This document shows positions 1 to 9,690 of a DNA stretch of 33,758 bases, piece after piece; the stretch's first letter is position 1, and each line of letters starts with the position of its first letter. The notes below the pieces were generated by a model. The model saw only the letters and a list, made by a program, of their open reading frames with translations. It was not told the DNA's origin and ran no database searches. The stretch comes from Octopus bimaculoides (Eukaryota). Where the stretch lies: positions 8,628,670-8,662,427 of the forward strand of contig NC_069002.1 in the NCBI RefSeq assembly GCF_001194135.2, read 5' to 3'. Made by a program: the position numbers and the translations under genes.

Positions 1-100
1 CTGCCGGCATCTCGGACAGGTCGGCCCCGTGTTTCTCGAGCCATGCCTGTAGAGCTTATCCCGAACGGGTAGTGCTTCTCGATAGCACTGCCAGGCCAGG
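1..100 (-). mobile_element. Tx1/L1-like non-LTR retrotransposon ORF2 fragment (zf-RVT-type C-terminal region), continues out of the window
   Basis: Minus-strand frame reads LAWQCYREALPVRDKLYRHGSRNTGPTCPRCRQ, matching the W...LPxRDxLxRxG...CPxC zinc-binding region downstream of RT in L1/Tx1 ORF2. The block is GC-rich relative to its flanks. Confidence 0.75.
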
Positions 101-310
101 GATAATTAGATAGATAGATAGATAATTAGATAGATAGATAATTAGATAATTAGATAGATAGATAATTAGATAATTAGATAGATACATTTCTTTTATTAGC
201 CACACAGGGCTCAACGAAGATGGGACAAGTACAATGTAGAGCTTTTCTTTTTGGGAGGGGGAAGGAAGAGATAGATAGATAATTAGATAGATAGATAGAT
301 AGATAGATTC
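101..310. repeat. Compound (GATA)n/(GATAATTA)n microsatellite interrupted by an ~80-bp insert
   Basis: Directly visible at 101-184 and 269-310. Confidence 0.95.
187..268 (-). mobile_element. Probable short 3' end of a LINE with polyadenylation signal, embedded in the GATA array
   Basis: Minus strand reads ...cccaaaaagaaaagctctacattgtacttgtcccatcttcgttgagccctgtgtggctAATAAAagaaa and then runs into the microsatellite. Assignment to a LINE 3' UTR rests on recollection of Octopus repeats. Confidence 0.45.
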
Positions 311-489
311 GTACATAAATACGTATGGCTATTCGTTGTTATATGGCGGATGTAATTTTGTATTCAGAAATTAATGAGAAGAGCAGGTGTATATGAAGAA
401 ATGCCAGAGTTATACAATTGATGTGTCAACATTAATTATACATACGTTGTGCCGACAATAATTCTTGCTACACACCAGCGACAAAAACC

Positions 490-600
490 ACTACCAGTTG
501 ACTACCACTACGATTACAACTATCAGTACAACAACAACTACTACTACTACTGCTGTTACTACTACTAATACTACAGCTGTTGCTATTACGGCTATTCCTT
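490..600. repeat. (ACT)n/(ACA)n trinucleotide low-complexity tract
   Basis: Visible: acaacaacaactactactactactgctgttactactact. Confidence 0.9.
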
Positions 601-741
601 TTACCAGAATATATTGTTTTCTTTCATAGCAAAGCTTTTGTTTCCAAGAATTCTGTTTTCTCTGCTTCATATTTAATTTCTTTTCATCTTCGACATTGTC
701 TTTCTTATTGTGAATTACTTTCAGCATATATTTTTACATGC

Positions 742-909
742 ATATATGTATATGTGTGTGTGCATGTGTGTGTGTGTGTGAGTGTGTGCGTGTGAGTGTG
801 TGCATGTGCGTGTTGTTGGGAGCATGTGTGTTGTGGGGTGTGTATGTGCGTATGTAGGTCGTAATTACATGTGTGGTTATGCGCATTTGTACAAATAATT
901 TTGTAGAAT

Positions 910-944
<35 letters not shown>

Positions 945-948
945 CATG
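742..948. repeat. (GT)n/(CA)n/(TA)n microsatellite cluster
   Basis: Directly visible. Confidence 0.95.
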
Positions 949-954
949 CCTTAC

Positions 955-1360
955 TGTATAGTAAGAGGTTGGCTTCCCAACTATATGTTTCTGAGGTCAA
1001 TCTCACTGCATCGTAGCATCTTGGGCTAGTGTTTGACACTATTGTCTCTGGCCGACCAAAGACTTGTGAGTGGATTTGGTAGACGGAAACTAAAATACAC
1101 CCGTCGTATATGTATGTGTGTGTCTTTGCTTGTCTGTCTGACTGTCTCTCCGCCTGTGTTTGTCCCCCGCCTCCTGTATCGGTGTGTTTACCCCCCCCCC
1201 CCACCATGTCTCCATAAATAAGCGATTTAATACAAAAAAAAACGCCGATGGAATAAATCCCAGGATTTCAAAAACTGGGGTTGATATATTCGACTATAAA
1301 TTCTTCAAGGCACTGCCCCAGCATGGCCACAATCTAATGACTGAAAGAAGTAAAAGATAA
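955..1360 (+). mobile_element. tRNA-derived SINE family A, near full length (5' body, internal GT tract, 3' body)
   Basis: 5' body (gtaagaggttggcttcccaac...ggccgaccaaagacttgtgagtggatttggtagacggaaac...ccgtcgtata) recurs at six other sites in the window. It is followed by the 3' body (ctggggttgatatattcgact...ccccagcatggccacaatctaatgactgaaagaagtaaaaga) also seen at 18355-18550 and 26245-26455. Confidence 0.8.
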
Positions 1361-1944
1361 TATATATGTATATACACAGACACGCACACTTACAGTGTAT
1401 TGCATTGTACTAACTACTTTGATTCGTGCTTCTGACATCCAGGTGAAAAACAGATAATGCAGGTGATAAACTATTCTCACTTAAAATCCAATACTTAGCC
1501 GCTGCACTAAATGTTCGTCTTCAATTTCTTCTACATCTTTTTTTTTCTTTTTTGTTAAAATTTTCAGAAGACATTTACGAACGAAAAGAATTGAATTTAC
1601 ATTAGATTGTATTGTGCAAACAACGTCTTCATTTGTTACTTCTAAAGCGACGAACGAACCGAGTCGCGAGAGCATCAGATAAATTGCCTTGAGGTATTCA
1701 GTACACCTTTCTGTGCTCTGAGTACAAATATCATCGAAATCAACTTCCCTTTTCACCATTTCAGGGTTGATAGATAAAATACAAGTCTTGTACTAATGTT
1801 CATTAATCTCTTTCTTCCTTGCTCATTCATTCCCTTTCATTCTCATTCTTTCTCTCATTCTCTTTCAGGAGAATCCGTTTGCTGTTAAAACTTGTAAGGA
1901 TTCTGCTCTGTCAGGTCCTCAATCTTTCCATAATACTGATTTCA

Positions 1945-2067
1945 AATTATGGCACAAGGCCTGCAAGTTCAGGCGATGAGGTAAGTCGATTATATTGGTC
2001 CCAGTGCTCAACTAAAACTATTTTATCGATCCGAGGAATGAAAGCTAAGTCGTCCTCGGCGGAAATT
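1945..2067 (-). mobile_element. SINE family B, degenerate partial copy
   Basis: ggcacaaggcctg...gtcgattatattggtcccagtgctcaact...ttttatcgatccgaggaatgaaagctaagtcgtcctcggcggaaatt aligns with the copies at 7185 and 10798. Confidence 0.75.
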
Positions 2068-2384
2068 CTTCAGAATATTGTGCACTGTCACATCAGCACC
2101 GTCACTATCTACTTTTCCATTTGAAAATGTTACTGTTGTCTATCTAATAATGTTTCTTAAATAAGATTTAAGTTGACGAAAACCACCTGTTTTTAATCAT
2201 TCCCTTAATAATTAAGTTAATGAGGTAATCAATGTCGTTTATGACTGTTCAAGAATTGTTGGTTGACATCCTATCAGAGACTCTCATTTGTTTACAAGAC
2301 AAATAAATTACAATTACTGAAAATTACCAAAACACACAAGATATATTGACTTATATCTTCTTTCGTTTTCAATTCAAATTTTTT

Positions 2385-2465
2385 AGTCAAATGAATCGAC
2401 CGTAGTACTTATTGTTTTTTTTAAAGCCTGATACTTATTCTATCGGTCACGTTTGGCGAACCTTT
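2385..2465 (-). mobile_element. SINE family A 3'-body fragment
   Basis: tttagtcaaatgaatcgacc...aagcctgatacttattctatcggtcacgtttggcgaacc aligns with 26290-26370. Confidence 0.6.
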
Positions 2466-2479
2466 ACAGCAAGTCCGAG

Positions 2480-2800
2480 GTTGTGGACAACGACCGAACC
2501 CAGCTTCCAACAATTTCTCTGAGTCCAATCTCTACAAAAAGGTTTATTGCCTCTAATTCATTTACACTAAGTTCAAACAATACTGTATTTTCTGTCTTTA
2601 CTGAGGAAAAGGCCTTTGATATTCTCTCCCCAGAGAACTGTCATCTCTACAATCTTTACTACCTTCTTTTCTTTGCAGAATGTAACAAGGTCAAGCAGTC
2701 TGGTAGTAAAATGTGAGAACTGATATTTACCATCAAGGTCAACAGAAACCTCCCAGTTTCATAGAAGGAATATTGTAACATTTATCATCAAAGCTAAAGG
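2480..2800 (-). pseudogene. Restriction-like endonuclease (REL) domain remnant of an R2-superfamily (Hero-like) non-LTR retrotransposon
   Basis: Minus frame reads NWEVSVDLDGKYQFSHFTTRLLDLVTFCKEKKVVKIVEMTVLWGENIKGLFLSKDRKY, then after a frameshift ELSVNELEAINLFVEIGLREIVG. This matches the Hero-type pattern W.L.VDL...F....TT.RPD.V......V...ELTVPWEE......RK..KY....EVG.RG. The catalytic PD is degenerate and there are stops. Confidence 0.6.
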
Positions 2801-3129
2801 CTTCCTATTAAAATTCATTTCAGCTATTCTGATTGAAAACTGTTCTGTAGTAAACGATACAGCTATTATAAATTTAGTGAATAGTTCGTTGAAATGCAGC
2901 AACTACTTGTACAGTTTAATTAAAATTTGATAAAGAAGTGTTATTTTTCCTTTGCATTGTAATGGCTTCCGTTATTCTTAAATTTCAATAGCAATTCTTT
3001 TAGCAAGATAAATTATTTATTTTTCTATTCTACTTGAGAAGGATACCTGAAAATCACATAGTCTCCTGTAGTCATATCATTAAGGAAATAGCCAAACAAA
3101 AAATATTAAAAATATATAATTATTAAATA

Positions 3130-3292
3130 GGTGCAGGAGTGACTGTGTGGTAAGCAGCTTGCTTCCCAACCACGTGGTTCCCGGTTCAGTCCCACTGCGT
3201 GGCACCTTGGGCTAGTATCTTTTACTATAGTTTCGGGCCGACCGAAGACTTGTGGATTTGGTAGACGGGAACTGGAAGAATCCCGTCGAATA
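3130..3292 (+). mobile_element. SINE family A, 5' body
   Basis: ggtgcaggagtgactgtgtggtaagcagcttgcttcccaaccacgtggttcccGGTTCAGTCCcactgcgtggcaccttggg...ggatttggtagacgg. A Pol III B-box-like motif is present. Confidence 0.9.
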
Positions 3293-3302
3293 TATATGTA
3301 CA

Positions 3303-3632
3303 TATACAGATTTTTACAGTTCCAGTGGTGGACTAGATCTGTAGTCTTCGAGTTAGCTTCTCTTTTCTGACTTTGAGAAGCCTAATTTCTCAAGGTCGGT
3401 ATTTAGGCATATCCTTCAGGCTTCCTTAACATGAATGACAAGGGGTTTACAGAAAGTATAAACAGCACCAGAGAGAGGCTGTCTCCTTGGAATATGCTTT
3501 GCGATACTGTATTCTATCGGTGATAATACAGTCACCCTTTGTGAGATGGTGACCCACGATGAAATCAGATCAGCTAAGGGTTTGACTATTCTCACTGGAA
3601 CTTTAGCAAGTTGAAGGGCTTCTAGTATCCAT
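3303..3632 (-). pseudogene. R4/Dong-like non-LTR retrotransposon remnant: RT core segment fused to the ORF C-terminus
   Basis: Minus strand reads WILEALQLAKVPVRIV..., then QYRK[-1 fs]IFQGDSLSLVLFILSVNPLSFMLRKPEGY (the QGDSLS RT motif in the R4/Dong form). This is followed immediately by DLEKLGFSKSEKR/KLTRRLQI*STTGTVKIC, which resembles the GTVKI end of R4-clade ORFs. Confidence 0.7.
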
Positions 3633-3674
3633 GCATTATGCATGCGTGTATGCATGCATTAGCTGCAGCTACCA

Positions 3675-3830
3675 CACAGTTTCCGTCTACCAAATTCTTC
3701 AGAAGCTGTTGTTCGACCCGAGACTATTGTAAAAGACATGTGTTCATGTTGTTCTCAAGCAGTGGAACTAAACCGAAAACGCCGTGGTTTCAAAGCGAGT
3801 TTCTTAACAACACAGCCATCGCTGCGCCTA
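3675..3830 (-). mobile_element. SINE family A, 5' body, degenerate
   Basis: cagtttccgtctaccaaattc...agtggaactaaaccgaaaac...ttcttaacaacacagccatcgctgcgcc is the reverse complement of the family A body. Confidence 0.8.
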
Positions 3831-4302
3831 ATCTAACGTATTACACACCGTCTTCATCCCCTCATTTTATTAACATCTAGCACTACATTATTAGCCGTGC
3901 TCCTTGTTTCAGATGTGATAGTTTGGTTTAATGAAGATTTAGTATGTATATACACTCCTTGTGAGATTTCTATCTGGTATACTACACTTCTTTATAAAGA
4001 CAGCAACCTGTTTGAAATGTTAAAAAAAAATTATTATTTAGAAAATATAAATATAGATCAGCGATTATATTGATAACAGAGGCATCTATAAAAGGATTCT
4101 CTGAGAAGAGGAAAAATTTTAAAGAACGAAATGCAAAACACTTAATATGATATGAAGAATATAAACTAATGGTGATTCTACACTGAAGTTTACCTGAGAA
4201 AGAGAATAGCATTAAAACGAAATATCAGGTAAAAATAAAAGCTTCAAAGAAGAGGAAAAAACACCTTATTTAGGTAAAGGCAACGTGCTTTAGATAAGAA
4301 GC

Positions 4303-4436
4303 GTGTGTGCGTTTATGTGTGCAAGATTCTTTACCTACATACATGTGTATATGTGTGTGTGACTGTATGCGTATATAGAGGGAGATATAGATATATATAT
4401 AGATAGATTTTAAGACGGAGTTATATACAGAAACAG

Positions 4437-4468
<32 letters not shown>

Positions 4469-4779
4469 GTAATGTGTATATGTGTGTGCGTGTGCGTGTG
4501 TGTGTGTGTGTGTGCATGTATGTAAATGAAGAAAATAGAAAGGCATCCAAGTTTAGGTGGGATGTATATTGCGGAAAAGATGGGGAAAGATGGGGATTGG
4601 TGGGGAGGTGGCGAAGTAGGGGAAGGGGGAAGGTGGGGGAAGGTCCTTCTGGTTTTAAAAACAGCTTAGAGATTTTTATCTAAAAACCTTCAAATCGGTA
4701 ATGTAAAGAATAAGCCTGTATATATGTATGCATGTATGTATGCATGTATGTATGTACGTATGCATGTATGTCTGCTTGC

Positions 4780-4822
<43 letters not shown>

Positions 4823-5024
4823 GATGTTCGTACATATTCATGTAAGTACGTCCGAACGTATACGTATATATGTAGGTATCTAGTTAGTTATGTATATGTG
4901 TGTGTATTTGCATAAAATTGCTATATATACTTGTATTTATAGATACACGTATGCATAATAGGTTTCAAAATATAAATCTACGTTTGTCTGTGTATATATA
5001 CATACACATGTATGCATGTATGTG

Positions 5025-5076
<52 letters not shown>

Positions 5077-5310
5077 NNNNNNNNNNTATATATACGCATG
5101 TATTGGTGTATGTAAATATATATTATATAGAAATATACACATGTATATTAATGTATATACGCAAATATATGTGTGAAGGTTTGTTATGCATGTATGTAAA
5201 AAATAAATGTTTTATACATGGGTGTGAGTGCATGTGTTTATCTGTGTGTGTGTGTGTGTGTGTGTGTGCATGCATGTGTGCGTGTACACTTGTGTTTCTG
5301 TGTGTGTACG
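4303..5310. repeat. Dense (TA)n/(GT)n/(TATG)n microsatellite region with a G-rich purine tract at 4580-4642 and a 10-N gap at 5077-5086
   Basis: Directly visible. Confidence 0.9.
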
Positions 5311-5619
5311 TATCTTTAACTTGATATGTTTAAGTGGATATTTCTTTATCAAATAACCAATGAGTAGGGAAAAAGTGTGAGAGTGACAACACAGAAGGGA
5401 CGTAAGTGCGATGAGTGACAACATGAAATATGGGGAAGAAATTATATTTCTTCTAAAGAGAAATTTATTGCAATAATAGTCCTATTAATCTAAACAAAAC
5501 AATTTCCAAACACACAATTTTTGACTTAGTTATATCTCAAAATAAAAATAAATTTTACAAAAGATTTTCTTTAGTTTCGTACATGGAGACATAAATATTA
5601 ATTTCATGCGGCATAAAAC

Positions 5620-6027
5620 GCATATATACACATACAGATGCATATATATACACGATGCGCATGTGTGAGTCCATACATATACGTATATACGTGTGTATAG
5701 CTATATCTTTCTATGTATACACACACACTCACATCGTGTATATGTATAAATCTGTGTATGTACTTTTCATGTGGTATATATACTTATACATACATACATA
5801 TATATATACATATATATATATATATATGTCTGTATCCATATGTGTGTGATGTGTGTGTATGTTACTCTTTGTCTTTTTTTTTATAAAATATCAACATAGC
5901 ATTACAGTCTAGAAATACTCGATCATTTTTGGAGAGTACATATTTACCATATAGTTGTAATAGGAGTGATAGTGACTTCGAAGTTTCACCCGACTCTTCT
6001 ACCTCTCTTTGGAAAAGTATCATATAT

Positions 6028-6058
<31 letters not shown>

Positions 6059-6175
6059 CAGAGAGAGAGAGAGAGGGAGAGAGAGAAGCATAAATATACA
6101 CCTATATACATACCCACACACAATGACACATATACATACATACATATATATATACACCTACTTATACGTACACAC
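5620..6175. repeat. (TA)/(CA)/(GA) microsatellite clusters
   Basis: Directly visible at 5620-5860 and 6020-6175. Confidence 0.9.
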
Positions 6176-6179
6176 ACGT

Positions 6180-6785
6180 TCTATGCTCGGGTCAAGGCAT
6201 AGAACGCAGTCCACAATATCAGCAATGGGGCCCGACAGCATATGCTGGTTTATCTCCCGCCGCATCATGCTGGTTCCCTACGCCATTGAGCAGCATCCAC
6301 TTCACTCATCCGTCCACAAACACTCTCCAAGGTTTCCTATCATTTATAAAATCTCTTGCCTCTCTCACTCCAACACCTCTAACCACCAAAGCTTTCCTCA
6401 CTCCATCCATCCACAAAAACCGCGGTTTGCCTCTGGTTCTGCTGCCTACCACATCTGCCTTCATCACTCTCCTTACGATCTGCTTCTCCTCCATCCTCTC
6501 CATGTGGCCTATCCACCTCAACATTCGTCTATCCATTTTGGTTATTAGTTTTTCTCTCATTCCTGCTCGTCTTCGCTCCTCATCCTGTCCATCCGTGTCA
6601 CACCAACCATAGCCCTCAGACATCTCATCTCAAACACATTTAGTCGCCTTGTTTCCGCCATTCTCAGCCCCCATGTCTTTTCCCCATAAACCATTGTCAG
6701 CAGAATCACTCCCTCTATACACACCTCTTTTCCCTGTCATGCTCAACTTTTTATCACTCAGCATAACTTTTCCACAATTCCAAAG
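6180..6785 (-). mobile_element. RTE-clade LINE, 5'-truncated 3' end (ORF C-terminus plus 3' UTR)
   Basis: Minus strand reads EGVILLTMVYGEKTWGLRMAETRRLNVFEMRCLRAMVGVTRMDR [fs] EERRRAGMREKLITKMDRRMLRWIGHMERMEEKQIVRRVMKADVVGSRTRGKPRFLWMDGV. This is the canonical RTE post-RT signature LYG.ETW...E.RCLR...LRW.GH..RM...G.R.RGRP...W.D. Confidence 0.9.
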
Positions 6786-7184
6786 TATGTCAGAGATAAT
6801 AACATAAGATTGCGTTCTTTATAATTTCTCAGAATAATGACTTGTATTTGACACCATCTGAGGACAAATTTAAAATAACTGTTTCAGTATGCAGGGAAAT
6901 TATATCTTCTGTAACTTCAATCTTAATTTCTATAACCAATTTACCTCCCCTTTTCCTGGAGCGACACCATGATTTTCTAGGATAATTAGCCTGCTTTCAC
7001 TAAGAAGCATAATTGAATTCATTAAAAAAATTTCCGTTCCGCATAATCCAGTACATCATCCCCTAACTTAATTACATTTAAACTTTCACTTTTCTGTCCT
7101 TTGAAATTACTAGTCTTCTCGTTTTTATTTATTTAATTTTTTGTTTCTTGGTTAGCCTATACAGGTTGATATCGGTTTCAAATT

Positions 7185-7358
7185 TTGCCATAGGGATTAA
7201 AATGTTTCGAGTCGGGGGTAATTGATTGCATCGACCCCAGTATTCAACTGGTTCTTATTTTATCGACCCCGAAAGGATGAAAGGTAAAGCTGACCTCCAA
7301 AGAATTTTTGATCTCACAACATAAAGACGGACGAAATGCTGCTATACATTTCGCCCGG

Positions 7359-7362
<4 letters not shown>
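7185..7362 (-). mobile_element. SINE family B
   Basis: gattgcatcgaccccagtattcaactggttcttattttatcgaccccgaaaggatgaaaggtaaagctgacc...aaagacggacgaaatgctgctatacatttcgcccgg. Multi-copy in the window; the minus-strand head is tRNA-like. Confidence 0.9.
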
Positions 7363-7404
<42 letters not shown>

Positions 7405-7888
7405 NNNNNNNNNNNNNNNNNNNNNNNNNNNNNNNNNNNNNNNNNNNNNNNNNNNNNNNNNNNNNNNNNNNNNNNNNNNNNNNNNNNNNNNNNNNNNNNN
7501 NNNNNNNNNNNNNNNNNNNNNNNNNNNNNNNNNNNNNNNNNNNNNNNNNNNNNNNNNNNNNNNNNNNNNNNNNNNNNNNNNNNNNNNNNNNNNNNNNNNN
7601 NNNNNNNNNNNNNNNNNNNNNNNNNNNNNNNNNNNNNNNNNNNNNNNNNNNNNNNNNNNNNNNNNNNNNNNNNNNNNNNNNNNNNNNNNNNNNNNNNNNN
7701 NNNNNNNNNNNNNNNNNNNNNNNNNNNNNNNNNNNNNNNNNNNNNNNNNNNNNNNNNNNNNNNNNNNNNNNNNNNNNNNNNNNNNNNNNNNNNNNNNNNN
7801 NNNNNNNNNNNNNNNNNNNNNNNNNNNNNNNNNNNNNNNNNNNNNNNNNNNNNNNNNNNNNNNNNNNNNNNNNNNNNNNNNNNNNNNN

Positions 7889-7927
<39 letters not shown>

Positions 7928-7928
<1 letters not shown>

Positions 7929-8155
7929 TAGCAGCTAAGCCCGGTTTCACCCGGTCAGAGAACGACGCGAAGAGAGAAACGGAGACACGAAAAAGAGGAA
8001 GAAGTGGATACGATCACAACTGTCCAATCAACGGTGACGTGACACTGAGCAACAGTTTTGGAAGATTTCTATAGGCTTTAATAAACAGCATATTACTCTA
8101 GCTTTGTTATTCGAGTACTATTTTCCCACGCTATTTATGTTCTTACTTATATGAG
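7928..8155 (-). mobile_element. Probable non-autonomous Helitron 3' terminus
   Basis: The minus strand ends ...gaCCGGgtgaaaCCGGgc ttagctg CTAG|T. This is a short GC hairpin a few bases upstream of a terminal CTAG followed by T, the canonical Helitron 3' signature. The 5' boundary is uncertain. Confidence 0.5.
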
Positions 8156-8697
8156 TGAGTTTGCGCATGTGTGTGTATGTGTGTGTGTGTGTGTGCATGC
8201 GTGCGTATGTAATTATTTTTATTCATGTTTATATGTCTATATACCAAACAGAGAAGGTTATATCCTCCAGAGTATGATACGCAGAATCTAACCCTCGTTA
8301 TATGTAGTTCGCTGTCCGTATGTAGGTGGTAGCGTAAATTGGCTGCCTTCCGTTTGTTTGCCAAATCTGCTTGTGTGTGTTGTACGTAATTCCATTTCAA
8401 TGGATTTTCTGTCAATCAAATATAGTTAGTGTGCTTGCCGTTTCTTCCGCTTAAACTCTGCTATACTATGTAATAACCTTCTATTCAATATATCTGTGCC
8501 ATTGGCGCAATAAATGTTGCTTATTGCATGACGACTCCTGACTGAACTACCTCAAAAATTTTTCCCCCAAAAAAATATGTTCAACACACTCTCAGAACAT
8601 CTACTCACTATTCCTCTTTCAGAATGAAACACAAATATTTGATTCCGATATTCTTCTTTTATAAAACATAACCCATGCTAACATATATGGAATATTT

Positions 8698-8885
8698 GTG
8701 CAACCAGGTGGTTTCATATTCCGCCCTTGGGCCAGTGTCTACTGTTATAGCACGAGGCCGACCAATGCCTTGTGAGTGAATTTGCTAGACGGAAACTGTA
8801 TGGAAGCTAGTCGTAAATATGAGTATGTGTGTATATGAGGGTGTGCGTGCGTGTGTCTTTGTCGAACCACCAGCACTACCACTGT
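8698..8885 (+). mobile_element. SINE family A, degenerate
   Basis: cccttgggccagtgtctactgttatagcacgaggccgaccaatgccttgtgagtgaatttgctagacggaaactg, followed by a GT tract. Confidence 0.8.
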
Positions 8886-8886
8886 G

Positions 8887-8926
<40 letters not shown>

Positions 8927-9336
8927 TGTTATGCTTGTACAGATTTTGAATTTTTCCTCTTTGGTTTTATATTGCATGTAGCTGCCTATGTTATTTTGTA
9001 ATTTTCACATCAGCATTTCGTTAACTCAACTAGAAATTTCTTTGGTAAATATATATATAATGACAGACTGGATTTAGCTAGGCCATTCGGCGATGAAGTG
9101 GTCATTGCTGACGAGCGTGCAATTTACAGACGACACTTATCTCGAGTAGTAATTCTAGCTTCGCTTATGGGACGGTTATACATCCAGGCAATATATTACA
9201 ACGTGCTTCCTTGTGGTTCTAAGAGTTTTAAACTTGTTTCTAGCAATATAGGTGCTTCCAAATACCTTCAGCCATAATTAGGGACAAATGTTTGTTTTTT
9301 TGTTTTATATGGCGTATAGCTGCCTATATTATTTTG

Positions 9337-9377
<41 letters not shown>

Positions 9378-9559
9378 GGCTACACATATACATATATATT
9401 TATACACATATACATACATACATACACGCACGAGCGTATGCATATGTAGTGTTTTGAGCTCACTACCTGACCTTTATAATATTCTCTAATAAACATTTCA
9501 ATGATTCTACGATAGGTACAATGAACGATATTTGCGAGTTTAGTCGATGTAAACGTACT

Positions 9560-9690
9560 CAGTATTTATCTGGCAATTTCTCAAATTCAGAGGGATAAAG
9601 AGCAGAGATTATCTGGATAGAATTCGAGATAAGAATGCAAAGATACAGAGCGAATAGCCGAAAGTATTTCATCCGATGTTTCTCACTAAT
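9560..9690 (-). mobile_element. SINE family B, highly degenerate
   Basis: gggataaagagcagagattatctggatagaattcgagataagaatgcaaagatacagagcgaatagccgaaagtatttcatccgatg is colinear with the family B body. Confidence 0.5.

Noticed and set aside
580-1207. ORFs rich in YI/CV/HT dipeptides (also 4474-6202, 31262-31716, 33330-33671)
   Set aside because: They are translations of (TA)n, (GT)n and (CA)n microsatellites.
1481-1759. 92-aa minus-strand ORF MVKREVDFDD...
   Set aside because: No recognisable domain. Its poly-K stretch is the complement of a plus-strand polypyrimidine tract, and there is no acceptor upstream.
2480-3632. Single retrotransposon comprising the RT at 3400-3630 and the REL at 2480-2800
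   Set aside because: The R4-like piece already ends in its own C-terminal motif near 3303, and the REL motif is Hero-type rather than R4-type.
7308-7950. Long ORFs made of X residues (also 11823-12194, 14288-15857, 16028-16825, 24426-24867, 28461-28935)
   Set aside because: They run through assembly N-gaps (7405-7888, 11861-12145, 14733-15585, 16443-16722, 24455-24794, 28642-28871) and are artefacts.
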